From Macrostomum lignano (Eukaryota), in contig NIVC01003102.1 in the NCBI GenBank assembly GCA_002269645.1, positions 55,368 through 119,367 on the forward strand: a stretch of DNA of 64,000 nt. The letters run 5' to 3'. This document shows, one piece after another, positions 47,483 to 59,469 of the stretch (positions are counted from its first letter, which is position 1; each line of letters starts with the position of its first letter). The translations under genes were made by a program, and so were the position numbers. Below the pieces are notes generated by a model. The model had not been told where the DNA came from, did no database searches, and saw nothing but the letters and a program-made list of their open reading frames with translations.

Positions 47483-49959
47483 CTAGGGCAGGCAAACTCC
47501 AGCCCACGGGCCAGATCTAGCCTGTGAGGCTTTATTTTCTGGCTTGCCATATAGCTTATCATTTGCATTAAAATCTGGCCTGTATAAGCCTGACATTAGA
47601 ATTTCCAGATTCTAAGGCTCTACTAAGGAGTCTAGACTTTATTAAGCAAACAAAGACTAAGCTATTCCCTTCTTACTTTATAGGATATTGTCAGATTCTA
47701 AGATTCAAAGATATGGGGTGCCTAAACTTAAGTTCAATTTTGGCTACCTGTCCCTTTGGGCACAATGTGTATATCCATAAGTTTTCTTCCCCTTTCTAGT
47801 AGTCTTCCTTTTAAGCCTTAGACATTGTTATATTATCCAGAAAGAAAAGAGTTGGTTTGGCCCCTGCACTGTTTAGTAGGCTGTAGCCTACTGTTGGTAG
47901 ACCACCTCCTCCTAAATCTGCTTATTTATGTGCCTAATAACTAAAATTTTCCCCTTAAATAAAATATTCCCTTCAGTGTCAGTGTGCCTTTTATCTATCT
48001 AATCATGTCTACTATATCTCAACCTGCTAAAAAGAGAAAAGTAGATTTCAAGTGTTGGGCCTTTAAAGCTGATTGGTAGGAGAAGTATTTTGTTGAGCAC
48101 TTTGGCTAGGCGCAATGTCTTATCTGCTTTAAGATTATGGCTATCCTTAAAGAATTCAATGTGCATTGCCACTAGGAAACTAATCACCAAACATCAGCCT
48201 ATGCTTCAATGCTTGCTGATAAGAAGAAAGCAAAGCTGTCTGGCAACCTACAGATGACTTTGCTTTTCTACAAGCAGACCATTAAGGCAACAAGGTGACT
48301 TGTGCAAGTTATGAGGTCTCTCATCTACTAGCTTGCCAGATGAAGCCTCTTAGATGGGGACTTCACTTCATCAAGGAGTGCCTTGTAGCTATGATGAACT
48401 CTGTCTATCTAGAACAGCATTCTGCTTTTGAGAGCATGAGCCTCTTATCCTGTACTATTTGACGGTGCATTGAAAAAATGTTAGACAATATGCAGGACTT
48501 GCTAAAGACCTGCTGCTCTGATCTAGTTGCATTCTCCCTAGCTCTTAAGAAAGCACTGACATGAAGGATATAGCCCAGCTAGCCATTTTTATCCAAGGAG
48601 TTATTGCTGACCTTAAGATTCACGAGGAGTTTCTGCAGCTTGTCCCACTGCATGGTACCACCAATGGCAAGGACATATTTGATGCTGTGCTTCAGTGTGT
48701 TGAATAGCACTCACTTAATCTTTCTTGTCTTATATATATGACAACCAATGGTGTCCTAGCTATAGTCCTTATCATACTAGGTGCACGCTTGAACAAAAAT
48801 CAATAGTTATAAATGCATATAAAAAAATTGAGTGCACACCTATTCTTAAAACTTTGCCAGTTTTGCGACAATAAATGACCTTTTTTATTTTATAATAGAC
48901 CCTTTTTGACAGATAATTTGGTTAATTTTTTTTGCTTTTTTGGCAATACTATTTATAGTCAACAATTGATATATGCAAATTTGTTTAAATGCTTTATTGC
49001 AAGCTTAAAAACTTGGAAAGCAAAAAATTTATGCTAAAAAAGGAATTTTTTCACCTTTTTTTCTATTTCACAATAACTTTTTTGCGTGATTCTATAAAGT
49101 GCACACTATGTGTATTTTTTTAGGAGTGATGCATGCCAACTATATACGTCTACTTTTGTATGCAAGGCCAATGCACGCCTGAATTTTCAGGCATATACTA
49201 CATGATCTAGAATGTAGTGTCTTAACAATGACTAGAAAGAAGAAGGGCACCATATCAGTATCACTGCTAATGCATCACTATGAGACTTCTGGCTATACCC
49301 AGCCAATACAAAAAATGCATTGCATTATTTAGGCCCCTATCAAGAGGCCCTAGGTACCAAGTCTGCCAAACTTGCCGATATCATGTTGATTGTGGTAAAA
49401 TTGGTCAATTCCATCCTCTCTAGCAACCTTAACTATTGCCAGTTCCAGACTCTAGTGGACAAGATGAATGCGCAATATGGAGACCTACTCTACTACTGCA
49501 AAGTCTGCTGGCTAAGCCAAGGGGCCATTTTTCTATTGCTAGGCCCTAGTACTATTTTCCGTCATTAAATATCAATTGTATCATCTGTAGCAATGAACTA
49601 ATAAATTTTTCATTAGCGCTGATATTATTGCCTACAATCTACATATACTACATATTTTATTATAATTTTTAAATACATAATTTTTAAATGTCTTTTATAC
49701 TTAAATTTCTCATCTATGTTAATTCAAGACTTTAGTTAGGCCTAGGCCTATATAAAGCATTATATATCTGCACATTCAATGATTTATTTTAATATTGTAA
49801 TCAAACCTACAATTACAAGCTTGATATGCAAATAAACTATCTACCTACCTACCTACCTACCTATCTACCAAGAAAGTTGCCTCGTTATTGAGCTCTGGCC
49901 CGCGGCTGTTCAATGAAAGTATTATTTGGCCCACTCTCTAAAAAGTTTGCCCGCCCCAG
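47483..49959 (+). mobile_element. Decayed hAT DNA transposon (Buster/SPIN/GTF2IRD2-like)
   Basis: 16-bp TIRs ctagggcaggcaaact and the reverse complement ctggggcgggcaaact (14/16); 8-bp TSD ccttagtt/ccctagtc with central TA. Transposase remnants: CLIC..MAILKEFN, SYEVSHLL..FIKECL, AQLAIFIQG..HGTTNGKDIF, HCI..QEAL, YGDLLYYCKVCWLSQG; stops and frameshifts present. Confidence 0.85.
48767..49235. mobile_element. ~460-bp insertion interrupting the hAT transposase (unclassified)
   Basis: Transposase similarity stops at TTNGVLAIV and resumes at KKKG. The insert is AT-rich with terminal hairpins (gcctgaa-tt-ttcaggc; ctacat...atgtag) and ends near CTAG. Confidence 0.5.
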
Positions 49960-49979
49960 CCCTAGTCACTAGTTGTGGT

Positions 49980-51950
49980 TGAAAAGATGGTAGCTTTCAG
50001 ATAGCAATGTAAAAAATAAAGTTAGATAAGGCATGGCGTAGTAGTAGAAGAAATATAATGAGACAGGCAATGAACATACGATATTTGCCATAACTTCTGT
50101 AAGCCTAGTCTCGTTTTTTGGCCAGGCCGTTTTCTAGCAGCTTCCTTCATACTGTGGTAGGGCGAAGCTACCACTGTGTTGAATGACTCAATCAATGTAA
50201 CCCACGGTTGACCCCTTTCCCGTCATCTGCTGCCCCATCCCCTGCCCCATCCCCTGCCCCATCCTTTGCCCCATCGTCCGGCATTAAAAATTTTTTTGTT
50301 TTTATTTGCATGCGTTTTCTGTTTCCGTGGTTCCGTCCGCTGCCCAATCCTTTGCCCCATCCTTCTGCCCCATCCCTTGCCCCTTGCCTTTTCTGCCCCA
50401 TCCGCCGCAGGAATATATTTATGTGGCCGGTTTGGGCCGCAAACTTGTTTATGCGCTTGCTCTTGCTCGCTCTCCTTTTCCTTCTCCTTCTCCTTTGTTT
50501 GCTTGTTTGTTTAGTTAGTAAAGTCCAGTGTTTAGTTCCTAATACTTTTCCTTATTCTAAGTTTAAGGAGTTAATTTGCTTAATCAGTTACTCTTATTCC
50601 GCACCCGGCATCGCCGCGGCAACTCTCGTTCGTTAGCAATAAAATTGTCGGCAAAAAATCTAATACTTAACAAACATAACGCCTGTTTTACAAATAAGTT
50701 CATTAATTAATCGAAGCCCTTAGTAGTTTATCTTGAGTTATCTGCCCAGGGGCGTTAAACAATTAAATTAATCTCAACTCTGAACGAGCTCTGAGATCTC
50801 AACCTTCCGTAATACGAAATCACGGTGGTGGCAGCGCTGTACACTACTGAAAGAAGTCAGTTAAGCAAATCAGCTAACAGTGAAATTACGGTGTCAAGAC
50901 CAATTGAGTCTACAATCTGAACGACCGTGCCTGCTCAAGACCGCTCGACTACGATTACGACTACCCTCCCCCCGGAATTGAGAACACGGCAGACGGAGTA
51001 TTCCAGGAGAAAAGCGATTCGAATCATTCGGTGAAATTTTCCGGCTTTGCGAGTGCCGAGATTACGAAGGCGGAATTCAAAAGTTAGAACTACCCATTTT
51101 CCGGTGTCAGCTAACGACAGACCGATTTCAAATTATCAATTCTTTTCTCCGCCCTACCTCAATACACATCCTTTCCACGAAAATGGCTTAATTTTAAAGG
51201 AAGTATAACAAACCAATAAAGATAAAAATATTGATTTTAGAAAATTGAAAGTTAGTCTCCTGAAAAAAACTTTAAATAATGCTTTTAATACTTATTTCAA
51301 GCTATTTTTGGAATAGTGCTTTTTTGACCTTTCATAGAAGCAGCCAGCTAAGCCTATCAGCTGAGCCCGCGCATGGAGCATTGAGTCTGTTAAATAGGTT
51401 CCTGGACACTTCGTCATCTTACAACTTTGTCATCTTGATGACGAAGTGACCATGGATTTTGGACGTTTCGTCATATCAAAAAATAATTAGTAAATCTAGA
51501 TGACGAAGTGACCAAATTTTGAGGACACTTCGTCATCCCAAGATTTCGCAAGGCTGTAAGTTGTTATTCGATTGTTATATTGTTATAAATTGTTACTCGG
51601 TCAATTTAGTCTGTAACAAGCATACGTACAAACCTTAGAGATTTAGTATATTTTTAAGTATTAGGTTAAGGATTAAATACACACTTAGAAATTCAACTTG
51701 TCGTTGTCGCTATAATTGGCATCCACTCTATCGCCGCGCTGGCCTGCCACGTCCAAGCGATCTACTGCGCCGTCGGCGACTCCAGCTCGCAGGCCATCTC
51801 ATCCGCGCCGAGTCGTACTGCCCACAGCCGGTGCAGGAGATGCTGCTGCTCACGCTGCAGGCACCCTCTACCGGCGAGGTCAAGCGCGAACTCGGCGTTA
51901 CGTCCTTTGTTCGCGCCCAAGCCATGAAATACTAGTGCTCGCCATTTAGT
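49980..51950. promoter_or_regulatory. CpG-retaining island, candidate bidirectional promoter region for Csk and MsrB
   Basis: About 25 CpG in 50761-51120, against ~10 in 46201-47500 and ~2 in 54781-55800 (counted by eye). It lies between two divergent genes and has two TTTTCCGG ETS-like motifs near 51040 and 51098. Confidence 0.45.
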
Positions 51951-52120
51951 TCTTGGCCTAATTGTTAAAACACAATCAACACTTCAAAAATGAAGTGATG
52001 ATAAGGCCTGGCCAACAGCATAGTGTTGCTGCTTAATTTTAAGCTTTTTCATAGACAAAGTGGATGACGAAGTGTCCAGGGAATAGATGACGAAGTGGTA
52101 AGATGAAATGTCCAGGAACC
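51397..52120. mobile_element. Non-autonomous TIR element (724 bp) flanked by TA
   Basis: ta|ggttcctggacacttcgtcatcttac ... gtaagatgaaatgtccaggaacc|ta; about 8 subterminal GATGACGAAGTG-like motifs in both orientations. Confidence 0.75.
51700..51908 (+). mobile_element. Non-LTR (RTE-like) retrotransposon ORF C-terminal fragment
   Basis: LYRRAGLPRPSDLLRRRRLQLAGHLIRAESYCPQPVQEMLLLTLQAP/YRRGQARTRRYV matches the post-RT RRL.W.GH..R...P...R.RGRP pattern; one frameshift. Confidence 0.7.
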
Positions 52121-52629
52121 TATTAAATAGACTTGCCATGATTTTTACTGCATAGTTTTTTTACATGTAGTTTCATGTTTATAATCCATCTATCTCAAAG
52201 TTAAAGTCAAACATTTATTGTTGCCATTGCTAGGCCTGGCCCAGTAGGTAGGCCTAGGACTTCTCATTCTACCATTCTCCCATTGTCCCATTAGTAATGG
52301 ACTAATGGTATTAATTGCTTGATTTAGCTATTAACTAAATTTCTAAATACAAATACTGATAGTGATAATTGTGATAGTTCATAGTTGTAATAGTGATAAT
52401 TAGTGATAGTAATGATAATGATAATTGATTACTGTGTACATGATTGGTTATGTTCTAGGGGTAACTTCTGTCCCTACAAATGATTTCACCGCTGTTACCA
52501 AAGTTGTTACAGGGCTAATTCACTATTCTCTTAAGTGTTCTTCTTAGGTTGGTAGCTGCCACCAAGATTATTCTATTAATAAATTATGAGTTTATCAATA
52601 TTAGAATAATCTGAAAAATGTTTCTTAGA

Positions 52630-52930
52630 ATAGGTCTGAGTATTAAGTCTGAGTATTTAGTCTGAGTATTAGTCTGAGTATTAGTCTGAGTATTCAGTCT
52701 GAGTATTTGTCTTAGAAAAACTGTTAGCCCTGAAAGATTTTACTTTTCTGATTATTCTGGTAGCGTTCTATTAGTCTGGTATGATTGGGGTATTTAGTCT
52801 GAGTATTAGTCTGAGTATTAGTCTGAGTATTCAGTCTGAGTATTTGTCTTAGAAAAACTGTTAGCCCTGAAAGATTTTACTCTTCTGATTATTCTGGTAG
52901 TGTTCTATTATTCTGGTAGCGTTCTTCTTA
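52630..52930. repeat. 12-bp repeats (agtctgagtatt) within a ~137-bp direct duplication
   Basis: The block at ~52660 recurs at ~52797. Confidence 0.8.
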
Positions 52931-54289
52931 ATAATGGCCTGAGCGGTATTTTGGCTTACTGGTATATGTATTTCATGTACTTTGCAAGTCCTTGGGCGTT
53001 ACCGAGATCAAAGGGTCACAGCCTCCGTTATTCTTACACGTCTTACTTCAGATCTACTTCGCAACTTCTTACTACTCAACACTTTCCTTCTTAGTAGTAT
53101 ATACGGTACACACCTTTGTCTACTTCACTCTTACTTCTTAAGGGAATGAATACAGAAAAACACTTCTTCAATTCTTATTTTCTCGGAACTCTTCTATTTG
53201 CTATCAATTGCTTATTGCGAACCGCAATGCGCGAGGTTGGTTCTCCCTCCGCCGAATTTGCTTGTATTTATAGTAAAATTCTAGTATATTTTAAAAAAAA
53301 ATTAGTTCGCGTAAAATATTATACAAAACTTGAGTATTAAAACAAAAATGTGTCGTAGTTCTTTTTGGCGTGAATTTAAAGTGTAATAAACAATAGCTAA
53401 TTTTAAAAAGAAATCGGGAGGGGCCCTGTACAGTTACATAGCAAACAATTTATTTTAGTTTGTTTAGGCCTACAACTGTAATTTCATAGGGGCCTAATAT
53501 ATTTCACTTGTATCTTTGATTGTAGTCTTTCTATCCCTTATTTTTGTTTAAAAAACTAGGCCTAGGTACTGTTTATTTTCAGAGAAATGTTGCAATTTGC
53601 ACTAAATTTTTTTACTGTTTTACTACTAGCTATTATTTCCATTCCATTAGATAGGCTAGGCCTACAAACAACAGACAAACCATCTATGGATCTACCTTAA
53701 TAAGTTGATATGAACCTTTGATAGCCAAATTGATTGTAGTTGATAGATAAAAAGACCCATATCTAATCTAATAATCAATATGTGAGAAAAAAGAAAATGA
53801 TTCTTAAAAAATTATTTCTCATTTCCAGTTTAATGTGTATTATTATTTTTTATTATAAGGTGCTCAAAATGATGCAAGCAATGTTCAGAGTAAGGCAAAT
53901 TTGTACCAGGTATGAATCTAATGCTTGCAAGTGCAAATGCCCAAAATTTATAATAAAAGTTCAAATTATTGTGCCTTTGAAAACATTTTGGATGTTCAAG
54001 TAAAGAAGCAGGCCTATAAGCAGATTCCTAGTCTAGAAAAGAAGCTGGTTAAGAAAGAAAATGAGATAAAGGCATACATTCCCAATACCCATCTGACCTT
54101 TCTAAACTGGATAGGTAAAATAGCTAGCCAAGGTAAGTCACAAAATCAAAAACAAAAAAACTAAAAATTGGGAGAAGAAGGAAAGGAAGGGAAAAAGAAA
54201 AGAAAAGAGAAAAAAAGAGAGGAGAAAAAGGAGAGAGAAAGAAAAAAAAGAAAAAGTCAAGAAAAGTTATATACAAAGTGAAAATTAAG

Positions 54290-54775
54290 TCACAATTGGG
54301 GGAACTAAGTTGCAATTAGGAGAAACTAAGTTGCAATTAGGAGAAACTAAGCTGCAATTAGGAGGAACTAAGTCGCAATTGGGAGGAACTAAGTTGCAAT
54401 TGGGGAAAACTAAGTCACAATTGGGAGAAACTAAGTAGCAATTGGGAAGAACTAAGTCGTAATTGGGAAGAACTAAGTCACAATCAGGAAGAAATAAGTT
54501 GCAATCAGAAGGAACTAAGTTGCAATTGTGAGGAACTAAGTTGTAATTGGGAAGAACTAATTTGCAATCAAGAGGAACTAGCTTGTAAGTTGCAATCGGG
54601 AGGAACTAAGTCACAATCAGGAAGAAATAAGTCACAATTGGGAGGAACTAAGTTGCAATCAGGAGGAACTAAGTCGTAATTGGGAAGAACTAATTCGCAA
54701 TCAAGAGGAACTAGCTTGTAAGTCACAATTGGGAGGAACTAAGTTGCAATCAGGAGGAACTAAGTTGCAATTGAG
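54290..54775. repeat. Degenerate 21-bp minisatellite (gggaggaactaagtcacaatt)
   Basis: Old, transition-rich copies. Confidence 0.85.
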
Positions 54776-56470
54776 AGATTTTTCTGCCTGTTGTCTATGT
54801 GTTGCAGTAGTATATTGAGGCATATGATGGCAAATTTTTGAAGGTATGATATATAGAAGGCTCCAATTTGTGTGCAGCACAATGGTATTAGAAGAAATTA
54901 TTTATTGCCCATGGTTTTAGCAAACTTGTAAGTCCAACTCAACTTCCTGTCATCACAGATGTTTTATCTGTTGTAATGCCCTATAGTCTTGCAAAAAAAC
55001 TGTCACAATACTATCTTGAGTAAGTAAATCTTTTAGCATATCATGCTTTGTCTTGTTTCTGTGTTTGACAGTTGCTTAAATCTAAAGAAGTACATTATTG
55101 GTTTGCTCTTCTCAAGCATCCAGAAATATATCATTAGGTAACTATTTATGACTGTTTGTATAACTCAGTCTCCAAATCTGAGTCCAAATGAATGACTATA
55201 TGTGGTCATTTGATCCGCACTTCAGTATCAGCATCAGTTGATGGGCAAGATTCTATAGCAATAGATTCAGTATGAGCATTGTGCCATTGTACAAATTCTG
55301 TCTCAAGATATCTAGTTTCATTCATTTCAAAAACAGCTTCTCTTTCAACTGATATTACTTGAGAAAAGAAATACGTGTGGGTTGTTGTATCTGCACTATG
55401 AATCTCAATTTTTGCATTCTGCATAGATATATCTCTATTAGAAGCAACAACCTCTAGATTTTGCACTGCCATTAACAGTCTCTTTCTGTGTGAGCTTGCT
55501 CAATATTGGGATAGTGGTGCTTCTAGTTCCCTTGAATGTGCTGCAGCTGTACCATCATTTGATCCCTAGGCTACACTTAACTTAAGATTGCTAGTAATTT
55601 TTTTCTAATATCCAATGCATACTAGAACAATTATTAACTTCTCCAGGAGTTATAGGACCAAGTTTCCATTATGTAAAGAGCAATGGATTTGCTTTTCAAC
55701 TGCAAAAAAGGAGCACCAGTTGATAGAATAAATAGTCTAAGTCTTCATGGCCTTTTTCATCCTATTCACATGCAGAATTCAGTATACTTTCATACATTTC
55801 TGCTCACTGCATTGCAGCGCCTTTACCTACAAACACAAGTTGCATGTCATTATGTATAGTCAGGTTCAGGTCTATCTTTAAACGAAGTATATAATGACTC
55901 AAAAATGTACACACACATATATATATGAGTCGCTGGCGCATGAATGTATATATACAAGTTAGTTTGCCAGACATATAGTACAATATGTAGAGAGTATAGT
56001 CTACAGGGTACAGGCTACAGTGCAGTTTAGTACTGCAGTCTACAATGCTGCATAAGTGAATAAGTGAATGATAAATCAATGGGAAAGAAAGTGAGGGCAG
56101 AAAAAAAGGAAGAGAAATGAGGTACTTCCATTTTTTAATAAGCACAAATGCGCAGTATGCTATACCCCAGTCCTTTTTTTATTAGAGGCAGGGGGTTGTG
56201 CACACCCTGGTGCATTTTAGGCAACATAGGCACACAACTGGCAAGAGGCATTATTGCCCATTCCACCAACTCCCCTTAAGCAGGCATACAAGCGCGCGGA
56301 TACGTACGCAGACACACACTCACACAGGAATGTACAGTGGTCCTAACTTTATATTATCATTAGTATCATTATATACATTTCACTGCACCTTGGGGGTTGG
56401 CTCTCAAGGCCATTAATTGCACAAGCAGAGCCAAGCAGAGATTCCAATTCAGCCCTAAATTAATGTGACT

Positions 56471-56535
56471 GCACTTGGAATCGAGCCTGGGTTGCTGGCA
56501 CACCAGAGCAGCTGCGTTACCGCTGGGCTATGCCC
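56471..56535 (-). mobile_element. tRNA-derived SINE head or tRNA pseudogene
   Basis: GCATAGCCCAGCGGTAACGCAG...GGCTCGATTCC has A-box and B-box-like motifs; no intact cloverleaf. Confidence 0.55.
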
Positions 56536-58175
56536 CCCCCCTAGTCTTTCAGTGTGGTAGTACGAGTAGATAGGTAAGTCGCAAATCTGAACAAAACTAA
56601 GTTGCACCAGATGGGTGAAATTTTGAGGTTGGGCATGTATAGATAGAGGCAAAGCTAAAAGAGAAAGGGGTGGCAAATCAATTGTTACTTAGTACATTAA
56701 AAGCCATTGGGAGCTACTGAAAGCTATAAGAAAGAAATTGAAGTTCTGCGTAAGGAATGTAAGCACCTTCAAAAGTATAAGGCAAGGAAGCCCAGCAAGT
56801 AATGGAGGAAATGCTAAAGTAGAAGGCACATGAGCTGTCAATGGCTATATGTTGCTATGACCCTTGTGAGCAAGCTGCCAAAAATCCTAAAAGAACTGAC
56901 AATTTTTTAAAATGTTGCTTAGGGTTAGGACTAAACTAGCTTGTGTTTCTACTTTGTGACTTCATTTTGTGTGAAAATACAAGACAACCAAAACAAAAAA
57001 CAGCCAAAAAATTTCAAATTAAAATTTCATGGAAAGGAAAATTTGTATTTGCTTTTCTTTGTGCTTTTTTCATTTTTATAGCACATAAAAAGTAGAATAT
57101 TCAAGTGGTGGCTTTTTTATCTAGTTGTACATACAATACCTATATATGAACCTCTAGAAACTGAGGCGCAAAATTTTTAAGCAGGTGCAAAAAGTTGCAC
57201 TATGTCACTCCAAATACTGGATATAAGGATAGACAAAATTGATGATTGTCCCAAAGTTGAACCAGCAAAAAATGAGAATAAATAAAAAAGAATAAAAAGT
57301 TAAAAACAGTATAGTATCATATCTATGTTTTCTCTTTCAAAAAATTAATTAAAAACAGAGAACATGGCTAATGATAGCATAATGTTGAATTTGCATGTTG
57401 AAAGTGGGAGACTGAGCTTTAATGCCCAGAGCCTCAAGGATCTTAAGCTTGTAGCTAGATAAGTTTTAATTAAGAATTTTAAAGAGTTTTTCAGGCCTAT
57501 AATTTGAATATTCTAAGAGATAAATATGAGTGAGTATTCTAAAAGATAAGTTTGTTGACTGACTTAGTATTCTCTATGTAGGAGATGCTTTGATAAACAG
57601 CAGTTAAAGCAAGATGGTAGATTTTTTATGAAAAGTACATTTTCCAAGGCATATTGCCCATAATGTACCTAATTTATTTAGACATTATATTTATTATAAA
57701 GATTATATCATACTTTATCAAAATGTAACTTGCATTATTCCATAATTACAAGCATAATTTTTTAATGATTTTTGAAAGCTTAATGGTTTGTTGGTATCTA
57801 TGTGATCAATTAAAGAAAAATAAGTAGACTAATTATTTTTAAAATTTAAGATTTAAAATTTAATTTTTAAGTAGGCAGCTTTACCCATATGAATATAAAG
57901 ACCACAAATGATAAGCAGTCCAGCTTTTCGCAAAAATGGGAGTAAGTATCTGATTTCAATTTCAGCACTATTATGTGAGCATAAATTTTTATAATAATGC
58001 CAAGTTATATTATTTCTAATAGTTTGGGATCTAAGATTCCACTTAAAATAACTATATTGGAAAGTTCAAACTGTTTTTTAGTAATTTTGTATAAAACCTT
58101 GTCTTCAATAATTTACTTGCTTGCTTTGAATTCAAATTGTTTTCTCTTACAGATATTTAGCTAAATTATAAAAAT

Positions 58176-59380
58176 ATGACTACTGTTGACAAGACCACTG
58201 TCAAGTCAGATAGTGACTGGAAGCAAGTACTCACACCTGAGCAATATCATGTCACACGTGAGAAAGGAACTGAGGCTCCTTTCACTGGAAAGTTTGATAA
58301 ATTCTTCAAAGATGGCACTTATTCGTGTGTTTGCTGCAAGACTCCACTATTTCGGTATGTTTATAATGTCATAGCTTTTTTACTACCTTACCTACATGCC
58401 AGATCGTTTTATAATGCTTCTAGTGGTTAATTTTCTTGGTAGTAACAGTTTAACTTGTTTTGTAAGTAATTTGTTCCACATTGTCCAGCTTCTGTACTGG
58501 TAAGTACAGAACAAAGTGCATAATGCCTGATAGTGAGAAGGTTTAGGCTGCCATACACCATGTCAGAGTATACGCCTGCATATGCTTATACTCAAGGACT
58601 TAAGAGTCAGTGGAATGAGTAGGTATAAATGCTCACTTTCTCGCTGGCTGAGTTGACTGTCGACCTGCCCTTGATTTGTGACAGCCCTTCCCTTACTGCT
58701 AGCAAAGACTTACCCGATCACTGACTGACTCACTGACTTACCCAATGACTGACTGACTGACTGACTGACTGACTGACTGACTGACTGACTGACTGACTGA
58801 CTGACTGACTGACTGACTGACTGACTGACTGACTGACTGACTGACTGACTGACTGATTAATGACTGACTGACTGACTGACTGACTGACTGACTGACTGAT
58901 TAATGACTGACCGACTGACTGACTGACTGACTGATTAATGACTGACCGACTGACTGACTGACTGACTGACTGACTGACTGACTGACTGACTGACAATGTC
59001 TGACTGACTGACTGACTGACTGACTGACTGACAATGACTGACTCACTCACTCACTCACTCACTCACTCACTCACTCACTCACACTCATAAAGTAACTAAC
59101 CGGCCACCCTGCTCACCCCTTCAGCTCTGAGTACAAGTACAACTCCGGCTGCGGCTGGCCGGCATTTTTCAAAGCGGATGACGCCGAGGCGAGAATCGTT
59201 CGCCATCCGGACGACAGCATCCCTGGCCGGCCGCGCGTTGAAGTTCTGTGCCGCTCCTGCGGCGCCCACCTCGGCCACGTGTTCCAGGACGGGCCGCAGC
59301 CGACTGGTGAGCGCTACTGCATCAACTCGGCCTGTTTGAACTTCGCCTCCGCTGACGGTGCGATCTGCGAGAGCGGCTGA
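58176..59380 (+). CDS. MSRB: Methionine-R-sulfoxide reductase B (Cys-type, Zn-binding), 144 aa
   Basis: Exons 58176-58354 and 59125-59380 splice to give [18 protein letters not shown]. Also [22 protein letters not shown] and CRSC Zn pairs, HLGHVF.DGP, and the catalytic RYCINS. Confidence 0.95.
58720..59088. repeat. (TGAC)n then (TCAC)n microsatellites
   Basis: 3' half of the MsrB intron. Confidence 0.95.
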
Positions 59381-59469
59381 GTGCGCCTCTGCTTAACTGG
59401 CTCTTCTGGGCACCTCGAGAACCGAAACTGAACTTGCATAGTCAAATCAAGTTGATTGCTTTGCATGAG

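Noticed and set aside
55206-55472. 88-aa minus-strand ORF
   Set aside because: No recognisable motif or splice partners; lies in decayed CpG-poor sequence.
59096-59278. Minus-strand 60-aa ORF
   Set aside because: Antisense of MsrB exon 2.
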